From the NCBI GenBank assembly GCA_040954595.2, contig CM082580.2, forward strand, positions 6,703,519 through 6,767,518: a DNA stretch of 64,000 bases, in the 5' to 3' direction. The notes below the pieces were generated by a model. The model saw only the letters and a program-made list of their open reading frames with translations. It was not told the origin of the DNA and searched no databases. Position numbers and translations under genes: made by a program. This stretch comes from Balanoglossus misakiensis (lineage: Eukaryota > Animalia > Hemichordata). Position 1 is the first letter of the stretch. Each line of letters opens with the position of its first letter. Of this stretch, positions 37,301 to 52,300 are shown one piece after another.

Positions 37301-40300
37301 ACACGCAACGGAAAATAAAGGGATTGTATACATTCATTGCTTGTTGGTTATTTCAAACAGAATTGTTGTGAGAAAATGAGCAGAATTTCTACAGTTACCT
37401 TTCCCCCCACTGTATGCCAGTGTATTCATACTGCTATAATTTCTGTCAATTAATTCCGTAGTACTGCTGAGGTTGTGGTGAGATTGGGCATCTGAATTGC
37501 ATTGTAATTTTTAATTTCAATTGTGAAATTCTTGTTGTCCCCCTTTTCCTGTATTATTGTGCGTAATTTTGTTTTCTTCGTTTATTTGCAAATGTGACAG
37601 CGAGATAGCATGACCACAGGTAGCCTGGCACTATTTAAGAATGGAATGTTAGGTGTTGCTTTTGTGCAATCTTTGTTGCGGGTTGTGTAGGGGAGAATTG
37701 CAGCAGGGTCACTGGGTTCACAAACACTTTGGCAGTCATGTCTGAACAAGTCTCCACAGCAGTCCCAGAGTACATGGACCCATTGCTGTAACTATGGTCA
37801 CTTATACACCCTGTAACACAGAGCTTGGTTGATTTACAGGAAGGTTTGGGTTTCCAAGCACACAGATCAAATGTCGCCTTTTGGGCCTACCTTTTATGAT
37901 TAAGTTTGTGCCTCTTGGAAATACATTACCTTGCACAGTATTGAAGGTTAAATTACAAAGTTTTGTTTATTACAGTGATAGGAGTTGCAGGTTTTGAATC
38001 ATGGATGATAAATAACTGATTCCCTGAGAGCTCACTGTGAGATATTTAGAGAATAATGCATTCCAAGAAAACTGATTTATCGCAGGTATTATTTATGAGT
38101 TCAGACTTGGATAACTAAATGCAATCATACAATCACCGTGCATGACACAACAAGCAGACATGCCTTGCCTTGTGTACACACGGATTCCTTGAAGAGGCTG
38201 TACACAACTTGGAACCGCTTCAAATTCCATCACTGTGATGTGGTATTAGGCTTTTACTGAAAGAACAGAGCCAAGGCAGAAAGAGACTGTTGCTTTTTGT
38301 TTTGCTGATGCTTTTAGACTGTGCGACAGTTCCTGTTATTTCAAGCTTTTAGTGTATTTCTTACCCAGCAGACAAAGGCCTTGCTTGATTTGAAATGTGG
38401 GTGTTAATGCATGAAAATTGGAGATTGTTTGCGGTTACACTTGAAACAATACTTCGCCAGACACAAAGATTTCAGTAGTCTAAATTGACATAGTCTTAGA
38501 GCGGTACGTGCAGCGTTTCGCACACAGAAACACCAGTTAAGTTGTTTGAAGTCTGTTGTTTCTGTTGAATGAAGATTTTTTACACTACAAGGGTGTTGAT
38601 GTGTTCAAAAAGCAACCATACCCTCATACATGTAACACCCCCTTCTCTGCAAGGCCAAATCTGGTTCAAATGACACACTACAGACTATGATCCACCCCTG
38701 TATGTACATGTAGTCCTTGGCCACCTCACGTGATTGGGTTACTTAGGCAAAACCCAGACAAGTGTTGTCCCAGAGCGATTGATGTGGGAGTCTTTGGCCT
38801 CCGCAAAAATGGATTCCAGTGATAATTGCTTGCGTGAATGCATAATTCGGCTGACCCTGGTCCCAGATGGCACCCTAAGTGTCGTAGACTGATTTCTCCT
38901 TTGCTGATGAGGTGGCTGATGGTTCTACCACGTCAGCTCATCCAGTGAGATCATATAGATATCTGATATAAGTTTCTGACTATTTCAAATGGTTTTAACT
39001 AATATGAATGTGAAGTTCTTTTGTAGTGTGATCCAATATGGCTGCTAGGCTGCCATTTTGTTGCAATTTTTTCATGTCTGCAACCATAACAAGGCCATGC
39101 CTTTAACATACACACACTGTACACACATTAAAATTTACAGTAAATTATTTCCCAACATCATCCAATCAGGTGATTTTACATCATCTCAATAGCCAATGGG
39201 GCATCCAAATTTTAGTCGCATGAATATTCTTTCATCAGGCCAGGTACTTGCGTAGGCTTGGTGTCATTTAAATTTGCAGTACATCACTCATCACCACATA
39301 TTGAATATGACTGGTTTCTTTAGTTTTATAGCCTTGGGGTGAATACATTCAGCTGTCTTACCTTTACCCTTTTGCATGCATGTTAGGATTTAGACTTGAT
39401 CCGACCTGTGGCTCAGTGAGAATTATTAGAGCTGAAGGACCTGACAATCAATACACAATCCACTGTATTATATACTTGGACATTTACATGTAGACTTGGT
39501 TAGAAGATATATTGATGAGTTCAAATTAGGCCACAACAAATGTTCAGAGACAAGAGGTCCGTTGATATGGAAGTAAATGTTGGTAAATGCGTACGAGACA
39601 ATGCTGTTCCAGTTCATAAAGAGAAACTGGTTCACTACCCTAGTTCTTGTAACTTGTACATGTACTATGCAGCTTGCTATTTTGGTTGTAGATGTCAGGG
39701 ACCTTGGATAATTATAATATGTGCATGGTGAATCTATAGATGTGAAGGTGGAGGGGTTAAACAGCATTTCTATGACCGTTTTCAACTTTGCAATCAACGT
39801 GACACGGACAGGGAAATAACCGGTAACCCTTTCATGTTTTGTTATGTGAAAATATCTCTAGCAAGTTTCATCAAATTTGATGCAGGTTCTCTGCATTTGT
39901 GTTGATACTTGCACAAATTTGTTTGTGTTTAGTAGTACTGTCAGACCTGTAATCAATTTCTGGAGTAAGTTTCACCAAATTGGGTGCAGTAATTTCTGAA
40001 ATGTGTCACAAATGACAAAAGTTCATTAAATATGAAAATAAGCATTCATACATCCACCAAAATTTTATCAGTTCTTGCCATTTTGAAACAATCTTTAAAA
40101 ATAGCTTTATACCAAAAATTTGATATGAATCCGTTCAGTCATTGGGCAAATCTGTACACGTGAGTGAACGCTTAAAATATGAGTCCATTGAAAGTATAAT
40201 ATTTGGACATTTTCAGCGTGGATTTATTTGATTTCACAGTAGGTCCCCTCTGTTTAGAATTTGAAATTTAAACATCAGGTTGCCAGTTTGGAGGGTACTT

Positions 40301-43300
40301 GTCTGCTGTAATATGGTGTGGGCACACACATGTATACCCGCTTTTGAATATTTGTCGTTGTATTATTCGGGCAAGAGTTGAAACATCAGACATGTCTTTA
40401 ATGATTACTTGCCTGTAATAAACAAAAGCCATTTCAGATTAATTTCTGCCTTGCTCAGAAGACATCTCGTATGAAAAATTTACATATCCAATTACTTGAG
40501 GCTTTGTATTGAACTCATCAGTCAAGAAAAGAATTGAAACAGAAATTGACTTGTTATATGTATTGTTGATTGGATGAAATCATCATGGAAATGTTAACAA
40601 AGTAGGGATTCCCCAAAGATTTCATGGCTGAGTAAAAATCACATGAATAAGAAATTCTAATCGTGCAAAGTGCCTACCCGATCTGGGTAGGGGGGAATGA
40701 CTTGCTGTGGAATTAAAACAACTTATTTCATCCCTTTGAAGTTCACCCCCCCCCTCCCCCCACCCTCCAAAAAAATGTGTTGTTGATTTGTAATACTAAT
40801 ATGTTTTTATGGTCAAATGTCTCTTAGTACGGTCTTAGTTTGTACATGTATTAATTATGGCTGATAAAGTGTTTGTGTGATTAAATTTTTTATTAAACAC
40901 ACCATGTGGCGCCAAAAGTGATATTGTCTGTATTTGTGATCCCTTACGTTGTTGTCATAAGTACTACAATGCAAACTTTTTTTTCAATGTACTTTAGTCT
41001 AATTTTAGAGACTTTACAATGATATCCAGCCTGCAAAACAACATGTATCATTTACTAGGGAAACATATTTGCCAAACCCCATATTCCCCCTCATATGTGC
41101 AACTTGCTTGTTTTCCATAAGGGGCTCACACTGCAAAACAATACCTGACCACTCAATCACTGTCACTGAAATAATACAGGATGAAATTTTAATTATGTTT
41201 TAATGCATATGTGACCAAACTGTGCCTTTATACTACTCTTGTGCATTTTGCCGGCGGTGGTATATTTGCCAATGCCAAAGTGTAATATTCATGCGTGCTG
41301 CAAACAAGTAATTTTGATGTAACCATACATATAACTGTCTAAAACAGTCAATGTCATAATAGGCCATTATCGGCTAATTAAGTTTAATTGTTGTTTTTCT
41401 GTAAATTAGAATGTTTTACAATTCAATAACCCAAATGATATAAAAGCATGATAAGAATCCTGCGTATACAAAATGTAGTTCTACCCAAATTCGTACATGT
41501 GATGGCTCAGGCTGATGTGTGGTCAGGTACATTACAATGTAGGACCACCTTCATAAATGTATCACTTCAGCCCATCAATTATTTTTCTGACATGCACTGT
41601 AAACTGATGCCTAATATCACACATGATCATTTCAGATGTCATATTGTAGACCGCCATGCTGAACTATTGATATGTTGATCGGAGTTTCGACAAGGTGTGT
41701 CGATTGCAGACTGGTCGTTTAAGCCAGCCTTTTCCAGTGTTAACCGTTCAAGTATAGTGATCGTTCTGTGGTGATGATTCATCATATGCCCTGTAACTTG
41801 ATTCCCACATTGCACTGCATCAATTCATAGTTAATACCCATCAGGCAAGTTCTAATGTTGGACATTCAGCAAATTTCCAAATGTCACCCACTGTTATCAT
41901 TGGTGTGCTGGTGAAAAGACCTTTCTGCTTATGTACATGCATACCTGACACACCTAGGCCCCACATGCTTGCTCGGAACCAAATACTCAATAGGTGTTTG
42001 GCTGCTCATTGATCAACTGGTGTCCCCTGTGAACTAGCATGTCAGTATGGGTCCACCTATCCTTTCAAGCACGCCCAAAATGCGAAACACCAGCTTGTCT
42101 AGATCTCATATGATATGGACATGGTGCAGCATGAATGAACCATGTGAATGTTGTGTCAAACTTTATGGCATTTAGCATTTACAACACTTCAAAGCTATTC
42201 AGTTGAATTGTAAAACTTTTGTTAAAATATGCTTTGGGCACGAAATGCCATATTGTGTACATGTACATGTATGTACATGGGAGTCTATGCGCTGAAATTT
42301 GTATAGTTGTATTCTGGTTGTGTGTGGTGTGTATTTTTCCTTGCAGTCATTTCCGAACTTTAATAGCAGGCTGGCATTACAGTACGAGTTCATGGACACT
42401 CATTTAGTCATTATGAAGCAGCAAGACTGACCCAACTCCACTGGATTTTTTCACTTCAGCTGAATCTAAATTCAAGGAAAGCCATTGTATTTTGCTGCTG
42501 TTGGCATGGTGAGAAAGTTAATTTCAGAATCACCAAGGGTGGTCTTGTGGTACCTTTGGCATCCAATAAAAAAAGGGTATGCCAGGATATGTATGCAAAT
42601 CTTCACAAATATTGATCTGTACATCGATCCCCACATGTGACAATTATTCTGTAACACATGGAGGATCATTTGTCGTGCATTGTGGTAGATAATACACGCT
42701 CTCATCAAAGGTTTGCAGGAAGTGCAGAGGAAAATACACCAACGTCGTCATGTTGCAAGCAAAGTTTATATGAACCAACTATTGAAATGCAAATGAGGCT
42801 CTGAAATGGAGCCAGCCATTTTGTCCAGTATCTGTATGTATATCTGCATGTCTGGCTAACATTAGGGATATTAGTTTTGTTTAATTGACGTTCGTTGAGA
42901 GAAAAGTTATGTAATTTATGAATCTCTTTTTTGACCTTTTTGTTTTGCTTATTACGGCATAAATGGGATGTGCCAAACACACACATGTATTGTACCAGTA
43001 TATGGTGTGAAGATGAAACCTGTATAAACAGTGAATGTAGTTTTCATGTTATTCTTTTATAAACTACAAATATCAGTTATAAGATTTTGTTTTTTTTTGG
43101 CCGTTCTCATTCTGAAATGAAATTTCCAAACCTGTTTATCAGATTGTAGGTCATGGGTTTCATTTTTCATAGAGTATTTATGACAAGATACTTTGGGTCA
43201 CATGTCTCTCAAGACGTTAACTCGCATTCTGTAAGAGACAGGTAGCTTGGCTGCAATTCTTTTTCTTCACTAAGACCCACGCCAGTAAATCTTGATTGAT

Positions 43301-46300
43301 TTTATGGATATGTTTACAGTTTACCCCAGTTTTGTATTTTTGCCCCGTCTGCTGCGTTTGTCAATTTTGGCAGGCTTCCAAAAGTTGGATTCTCCAATGC
43401 GGTCATGAATGGGGGGAGTTGCCTTGAACTGCCCTGTGAGCCTGGTAATTTGCCAACATTCTATCTGCTGCGTACTAATTTGACCACATGACATGATAAT
43501 TGTCTGTGTGTACACGTAGCCGGGGCTGTTTTTAATTTAAAATATGACACCATGATCTGAAACTGCGATGGTCCCTGGCCAGTGTTTTTTTTCTGTAGGT
43601 CTTCCCGTGTTTGTGAAGGATTTAGTATGATGTAGCAGTTACATAATGTTGACTATTTTTTCGACAATAATTCTCTGAAGAGCTGCCAATTGCTCCAGAT
43701 TCGGGTCCCAATTCCGGGAGAGTTACTCGATTCAGCGGTTTGGCATTTTGCCAATGCAAGAGTGGCATGGTACTGGGTGTGTAGTAAGATCTATTTAGAA
43801 CCCCTGTCCTTGGTGGCGTGCCAAAACCATCGCTCATTAATTTACACTGGACATTCCGATAACAAGTATCAGTTGTACTTTGTCTTTTACCCAAAATACA
43901 CAAATATTTTTTGTCGGCTCTGCTGGTTAAATTTCAGCCCAGTTTTTTGGATGCGTTGTGATACCTGATATTGCAACCAACCAAACAGGACATTAATATA
44001 TGCCCTTGAAAATCGACCAACCAGCAAAATCAAATGTGATATGTCAACCAGCAGATGATATTATAGTGGGAGGGGTTTTTACAACATTGTCATTGGTAAT
44101 TTCAGAAATGACGTGACATGGCAAAGGTTCCCTAATTTACCTTACCATATTGCTACTCGTACATCGATCAAAGCTATCTTGGATTTACACATGATAACGC
44201 AGAAAGAGGCAGCCCCTTTTGGCATGTGCTAGCTTGTGTGCATATTTATTATATCGGAGAAACCACGAAGCGCTGAGTAGCCGACAAAAGAGGAAGGTTT
44301 GTGGTTGCTCTTTTCGGTCACACTATACTCTCTCTCCCCGTGTTCAATGTGACACGGTCATGGCTGGGTTCTTTCCCTCTCGATGGAAAGTGTACCCCAC
44401 CCAATCAGTCAACATGGGTGTCACTTTCCCCTTCAAAATAGAAGCCATGCAAGTCCGACATATGCCTTGTTTTCGCATCGAACACACAACTCGCTGTCGA
44501 AATTGTCATGCACTTGGGACTGGTACGGTGTGTGGGCTGTAGCTGAGCGAGATGGGATACTCTTCGTGGCATGTATTTATTTTGCAGGTTTTTTGACAGT
44601 AAGATGGTTCTGTGCGATAGAAAAGCTGGGATATCAATTATAGCAAAGTTGACGCCCACTATTTTTTGTACCATTATTCGTAGTGCCATCCAGGTACTCT
44701 TTATTTTGTAGAGTAGATTGACTAGATCATTCATTTGATCACATCAAACACGAGAGGTCCCGGTCCGGTATCAAATGACTTTGTTGTATCTTTCGTAAGG
44801 TGAGCAGTCGACCAGTCCAGCTTGATCATAAATGTTGTCAGTTTCTGATATTGAAATCTTGACACAGTCCAGAGAAATGAATAATGAAAGGATTGGCAGG
44901 TGCCTGTGTTTTCGTGCCTGTGGGCTTTGCTTACTCTGGGGACTGTTTTCCAAAGTCAACAGACACTATCTGATGTCACTAATTAATGCATCAATTAATG
45001 TAATTAAATGGTGGCTGTTGCATGAATTGCACACTGGTGTTACTCTACCCGGTTACTTAGTGAACATTTGCGTCACTCGAGGTCATTTACTTTCCTGTTT
45101 ACAAGTATCTGTTTATCAATCGCTGTGGTAAATAATTATCATGATCGGGATTATAACTGATACTAGTAGAATATTCCTGTGAGTGACATGTATAGAGTGA
45201 CACTGACGTCAGAGAACATGGCCTTCTCCGTGGGTACCTTGCAGATCCTGAAACTCCAATTCATTTGGGAATCATTAGGAGCAACCTAATATTTGTTAGG
45301 CTGACCCCAGCAGTTTTCGGCTTATACTTGGATACTATTACAGATCTGACAATGAGGTCACTCATCAATTACTCATCATTTTCAGATGTCTCGGTTTTGG
45401 CATTTGACAAATGACAGTCACTTTTTGTAAGAATTTAATTATATATCCAATAAATGTGCCATGTTTTAAAGATGGAGAAGCAAAACACATGGGTCAATAT
45501 TTCAATCAGATGAGCTGCACAATCTCGTTGATAATTTACTTATTATTTCCAATCCTTCAGTTCTGTCGGTTGGGTTTTTAGTTTGCAGTAGTTGTATCAG
45601 TGCTGGCTGTGTTCTATTCTGTCCAGTGCAATGAGAGAGTACTTGTATGAGACGATCTCTTTTTAATTTGGGGGCAAAAGAATATACTCATTAGCATAAC
45701 AGTTAGCTGTATTGTTATGTAAATGAGTCAATGATGTACCTAAAGTTCCTGGACAGAAGATTGACTGGCGTTTGGATGGTGGTGGTTATTCATGGGTAGA
45801 TTTACAGCCAGTGTCAGCAACTTCACAATTGCCTGCTATAAAAAAAGGATGGATTTGTTTTATTCTGAAAGTACAGACAAAAAAACGATGTAAACGGTTG
45901 TCATAAAACAATCCTTCCTTTCGCCTCCGATCGCCCGGGGACTGATAATGTTGTCTTTCCGCGATGTTAAATCTTGATGCACATCAAAATAAAACAGTTT
46001 TACGTGCAGTCAAATATTGACTGTCGGATCTGAGTGAGTGAGTGGCAGAATTCTTACAGATGAACCTGTTCACTGGGGAAAAGTTTGCTTAAAGCTTCTG
46101 CCTGAGTAGATTCATGTGTGTGCCTGCATGCTTCTTTGAATTCTCGTCGTCTTTGAATCCGAACTATTATGCAATAGTTCTAGAAGTACTGTAATCTGGA
46201 ATGCATCATGGTTTCACCTTTAGAACCGTTTAATAATGCATTCTGCATAATGCTTATCTATTGATTTTCATCCTTACCCCTTTAAAGTTAAACCCTTAAC

Positions 46301-49300
46301 TGGAAACAGGTCACCTGGTGATATTTCGAAAAATGCGTTTTTCTTGCATCTACTGGTTTGGTTCAGTGGGGAAAAACAGAAATGGTCATGTGGAAACTTC
46401 ACACAGGCCAACCAGGAGAGACCACGTGTGGTTGTAGAGTTGGCTAATATGCAAGTGCAAAGGTGGCCTGTAGCCCCTTGGACTGCATAGCTACAATACA
46501 GTGCTGCACACCGTGGCTCCACAACAATGTCCATTCATTTTTGCCATTGGGAGATCAATAATTTTGATGGACGCTGCACTGTAGTAGCGAAGCATAGTGC
46601 ACCCAGAGAACTTTGTGTGCCTGGTTTTACCAGTGAATGAAGCTTTCAGAAGTGGCCTTAAACTTTTGTTCGCACTTCCGTCGCAGGACAGTTTCAGCAA
46701 GTTAAGCCCAAGAAACAATTGGAAGGTCACCAGACATTTAGAAAGGAGAACCACATTACATAAATATATGAAACTCGCCAATAGTTGGAATTCAAAATGG
46801 CTGCTTGACTTGTTTTTAACTTGGTAGAGTTTGCTTATTAAGTTATGGCAAGTAATGGAATTCCTGTTCCAATTCAGAATCATTTAATACATTCTTGAAT
46901 ACAGCAAAGTCGTACAATATTATTTTTCTTTTAAAAAAACTGCTCTGAGGGTCAATCTGGCTGTGCCTTGATAACCTGCAATCACCCCTTTATTGTCTGT
47001 TCGTGGGGTCCAACCTACCCATTGGAAGCAATGCATGGTGAAGGAGTGAAAGCAGACAATGCACATTAGTTAGAGCAGTATGCTCTTTCAGGAGTGTAGA
47101 TGTGTGTAGACATAAGGCTAACTCTTACTTATATTACCTTTGGGGAGAAAAGGGAACAATTGCTTTTTTCGGTGCATTTAGAATTGATTTATATGGACGG
47201 CCAACTCTATACCGACTGATCTAGAACTGTACACGCCAAGAAGAGACACTGTTCCAATAAGCGTGAGAACACCCCTTCATCTGATGAAAATGGCTTGCTT
47301 AGACATGCCAAACCATTTACATTGAGAATGTCAGTCACCAGAGGACCATTAAAGATAATTACGTTTCCATCAATAGGGCATTTGAAATGATTAAAATTAG
47401 GTGGCAGAGTAAGCTGCAAAATGATTGTGGGGAACCCCTTGATTTCATTGATTGATTTAGGCGCAGTGGAATGCAGTGGCTTTCCAATATCCTGATGCTG
47501 CCAATATCTCTGCGGTGAATAAATAATGAAAAATGACTGAGGTATTTATAAGTGGAATACTGAGTATCTCGTCCAGAGATTTTCCCTGATATCAAAATCC
47601 TTTGCTTATTGAAAAGTTACCATCTCACAAAATGTTGTCTTGTGTACTTGCCGAGTTGTTTGTACCACTTCAGGGCTACAGAAGTTTATTTGTTATAATA
47701 CTTTTTTTGTTTGTAGACATTTGGTCATCCGGTGATATTTTTGTCATGTGGAAATTAGATCATTGATTTTATATATATGCATGATACAATTGTTGTATGG
47801 TGCATTTCATTGTATTTTCATAAACAAATGGACTACTCGCTGTAGTTAGGTCATAGTTGTGGACGTTCGCCATGCAGATCCGGTAGAGGGATGGCTATTG
47901 ATCAGTTTTTAATGTGGGTTTGTGGCAAGCTATAATGAGACCTTATGCTTCGATCTGCTGATTCAAGTTTTTTTAAATATTTATGCCTGGTTTGTAACGA
48001 TTTATTTCTGCTCTTTAAAATTATAACAATTTCTAATGGAACATATGGGCCAATGGTGCACATCACCAGAGGGTATGAATAATGCCAGTGCAGACTTCCA
48101 CAACACTGCCAGTTTATTTCAAGCAAGTGGGTACAATGAAGGCAGTTCATGTGGTTTCACCGAGTAATTTTTGCAGGATGCATGCACCTGTAATGATTTC
48201 TGCTGGAAAACTTGCAGGGTTGATAACCGGACAAAACAAGGCACACGTACAATCAATTTCTGTGAAGAGCTTCCCTTGTTCAAGTAAATACATGTAATGC
48301 GCCGGAGATCAGTGTTGGCTTGTAAGTTACACTTCAGAAATATGGCCAGTAGGTAAATTGCATGGCAGATTGTGCTTACTTTTGAGGGAAAATGAATGTT
48401 GGTGACATCTAATGGAAGTTGGGGCTTGATGTATGCGTTTCCAAAGTAAACTAATCATGTTCAGTTGTTGCATATCGGTAAATAACTTAACCCCTACATA
48501 CCCACAAACACATGGTAAATGGAAGCACTATCAGTATTGACCATGTCACGGATGTCAGTTTCAACAATGCATCCATGTACTGGTTTTGTTGAAATTTTGC
48601 CCAAAATAAGTTACTGCTTAAAGTTTAAGATAACGTCCAGCTGATTAGTTCGACCTCGGTGGTATGGGGTGGTATTGCTATGAGAACTCTGTAAATGAGC
48701 AGATCAGTCTGATATATGCAGGCCCAGGCCAAACATAGAAAACTTTTATTACTCTATCAGTATCAGTTCTGTGTTCCCGCTGGATATTCCACTAACTGGT
48801 GTGCGCAGAATTTTAGATAGCGGTACTGCACAGCACACTTGTGCGTTGGTACCGGAGCAGCCTGCACTGGATTTCTGCATATTACTGTTTGTATACATTG
48901 TACATGTAGACATCATTTCAATTATGAAACCAGCAGATGCAGGCAAATCCATGGCGAGACTTATTGCATGTATTTTCCCCCCAAAAAATGTTCGATCTAT
49001 CAGCTGGATCAACAGCGACAGAAGGCTGCCTGAGGGTATACTTTTGATTAAAATTATATGAAAAATCTGCCATTATCAAATACTCCATGTTATTTATTGC
49101 CCGCGAAAGTAAGTGACATTGCATTGAAGTGTTGGATATCAGGTATTGCGTGCTGATCGTTGATTTATGCGAAAGTCATCATTTTGGTGGAGCGCTGCGA
49201 AACCTGCCAACGTGATAAGGATTAAAGTGAATGGATGATATTAGACAAGATCGCGCTGTAGTTTGATTTATGACGGCCAGTTTCCAATAAAAAGGAAACC

Positions 49301-52300
49301 AGCATATCAGTTTCACCTGATGAAATGAAACAGGTGCATCATAAAAAACGAAACCAAGACGAGTTTGCCCTAAAAATGAAGTGAGATGTTTAGTTTGTGA
49401 TGCAAGCACCCAGTTGGGAGCGAAAAAAACAAACTCGGTAATAACTTGTGTGTATTTTGCCGTGGTCGAGGTGAGATTGGAAACGAGACATTCGCTGATT
49501 TCTGAAATGGCTAGTAATAGGCGATAGGTTTTCACGGCGTTGAATTCTCATTTGAGTTGTGCCAATATAAATGCTTTGATACAGAGCAGAATTAGGGCAG
49601 CAAATACTTAAGACGTTTTCGAGACATTACCAGCGGTGAGTCATCCGATTTGACCAGGCCTTGCAAACATCTTAGCTGGGGTGGTGTTCTGTAAAGTGAA
49701 TGAAAACTGTCAGTTTTAGCAGACTGTTTCCAAAGTCGTGCCAGGAAGGTGGTGATTTCAGGAGCAGATGGTGGTTGTGGTGGTTTCGAGAGCTTGAGGA
49801 TATGTTGAAAAAAAACTTGACTGCTCACATTTCATGGTTGAATACATTATTACACAAGGGCATTTTACATCTTTTTTGCTGGAAAGCACCCATCGTGTAA
49901 CAAAGCACATGGATTGGCAACCAAGTAGTTACTTTTGAAATGGTGTCATTTCTTATGTACATGATGTATACATGTATTTTGCATGTAAGATTATTATCCA
50001 GATTATGAAAAACTTATGGAAATTAGTATCAAAAATCAATAATAAAAGATATACAATAATTTATAGTATACACATCATGTGAAAATTACAAATTAAACAT
50101 TCTTGTTGCAGGTATTTTTTGTGGTGGTGTTATATGTAAAGGTGATAAGCTGTTGGATTGTCTGTAAATTGGCACAGCAAGGTAGTTTAATAAGTCTTGA
50201 TGATTTCTGTCAATCATGGCAAATTGGCTTCACACACATTTCAATTTAAATTGTCAAAAGATATGCCAGTGGTATTGTATTGATGATGACATATTACGGC
50301 TATGAGGTTCTGCATGATTTCTGGAAAGCATGCTTGCCAACCATGCATTTATGTGTCTGATGTCCGGAGGGATCAGCACGGACTGGACACGATGTACCCA
50401 CAAATTAGGATTAGTTTTGTTTTTCCCCACGGTGTGCATGCTGCATCGCTTGTAAGAGGACACGATTCCCGGTGTGACGTACGTTGTCAATTGATCCCTG
50501 TAATTCCATCAGTGGAGAAATACTTTGGATTTATATTCCACCCTCATTGCTTCTACCAGCCTGATTGTTGGTCTCTCATGAGTATGAATTATTTCCTTTC
50601 AATAGTTCGGCAACCAGATATGTGCTGCGACTGTAAAATCACACGCAAGGCAGATGAAAATTATTCTTGATCTCATTTTCTTGGCGGCATCGGATGATGC
50701 GTGTTACCATGGAAATTGAAGGATGTTGGTGGATAATGGTGTATCATGGGAAGGTTATTTTAACAAGTGTAATTGCTCATTCATTTAAACAGTAATACTG
50801 CTTCTGCAATTTAATTTTGTTTTCGTACCAGAGTAATATCAATTTCGTTATTGATAGACAATCATGGTGATCAAATGATATTTTCTGTCCTCCAAGTGAT
50901 CTCAATTTGATTCAAGTCATTATTTATGTTCCAGAGTATTATCTCTGAGTCTTCCAACAAGTTAATTTTCAAAATCCGGTTCTTCATAAAATACTTGGTA
51001 TTGCCTCAACAAGTATAAGCATGATATTGTAAACTCGCTCTTGGCTGTAAATGTTACCAAGGTTTAAATTGAGTGCAGCTACTGAACCCCAAGAGCAGTC
51101 GCAATTCAAATGAACACTAGTTGTACCAACAAGACTGATACCTGTCGTAGCTAAAACCAACTGAACTAGGGAGACTTTTATGTTGAAGTTTGTGTAACTA
51201 AGCTCATTATGCATTCAATAATGCCAGTAATTATTCCAAAGGGGTTACCAAGTAAAGTTATTGTATCCAATTATTCAGGCTTTATTTAGATGACGAATAT
51301 TCTGGCTATCCAATTATATAGAATTTTCTTTACAATCTTAAATTGTACCCAAACAAGTTGCTCTTTCGGTATATTCCGGCATGAGGATAGATTTAATAAT
51401 TTTCTTGATGACTAGATTGCCAGCATCCATTACCTCGCTGGTAATTGGACTATGCAATGAAATAAATAGCAATGACATTTTTTTTCCTCATTGAAACTGG
51501 CATGAATGGTCAATTTGGTACATCATTGTCTGGTTTCCTTCATCATTACTTTCATGTTCTTGTATTAGAAACGCCAAGATACCCTTCAGCATTGAAACGA
51601 CCCAAGGAAAGGCAAGACCAATGAAATCACATCGTTTTCTTCAGCTGAAACTTAAAAAAATTATCACTGGCTAGCGATTTGAAGATGAAGTCCAACAGAC
51701 TCACTTAGTCTTGCATATTAATGAATAATTTACATATTTGAGAGTGTATTCTAAAGTTGCCTTAAGCAAAATATGCGAGAAAAAAATTAGGACTGCTTTT
51801 CGAAGTGCATATTACCTTGAGGGTGGGGTGGTGGTACATGTATCAGATGCATGATCAAGGAAATATTCATAATTAATTAATGATTTAGCAATGGGGCATT
51901 CATGTGTGCTGATTTGATACAATTTTCTGAGAATGTTGACTATGCAGAAGTATGTGGCATGGGGAATCAGTTTGTTTCGGCTTACATTGTTTGAAGTATT
52001 TTCATAATTTATTCAACAGTTATCAACTTTTGTGCATAATTATTAAATAAAATCCCAGACCATGAATGTTATTACTACACAAAATATTGCGTTATAAGAA
52101 ACAAAAATCCATTATGTTTTAGCAATTCCCTTGGATGCATTAAAACATGAAAATTGCATGATCCCAGAACACCAGTCCCAGGGACTCACTCCATCAGAGT
52201 GTTTAATATCCAATAACATTGTATTGCTTTCACATGGACTGTGACAATCTTAATTGTAATTACCCAAGTGTTATGTTGTAACAGTTGACACTTGCAATAT

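Noticed and set aside
39840-40175. Degenerate AAGTTTCA(T/C)CAAATT repeats resembling Helentron internal units
   Set aside because: Probably an old repeat, but no termini could be supported.
48924-49036. Short ORF MKPADAGKSMARL… ending at a possible phase-1 donor
   Set aside because: Weak donor (gtatac), no promoter signal or homology.
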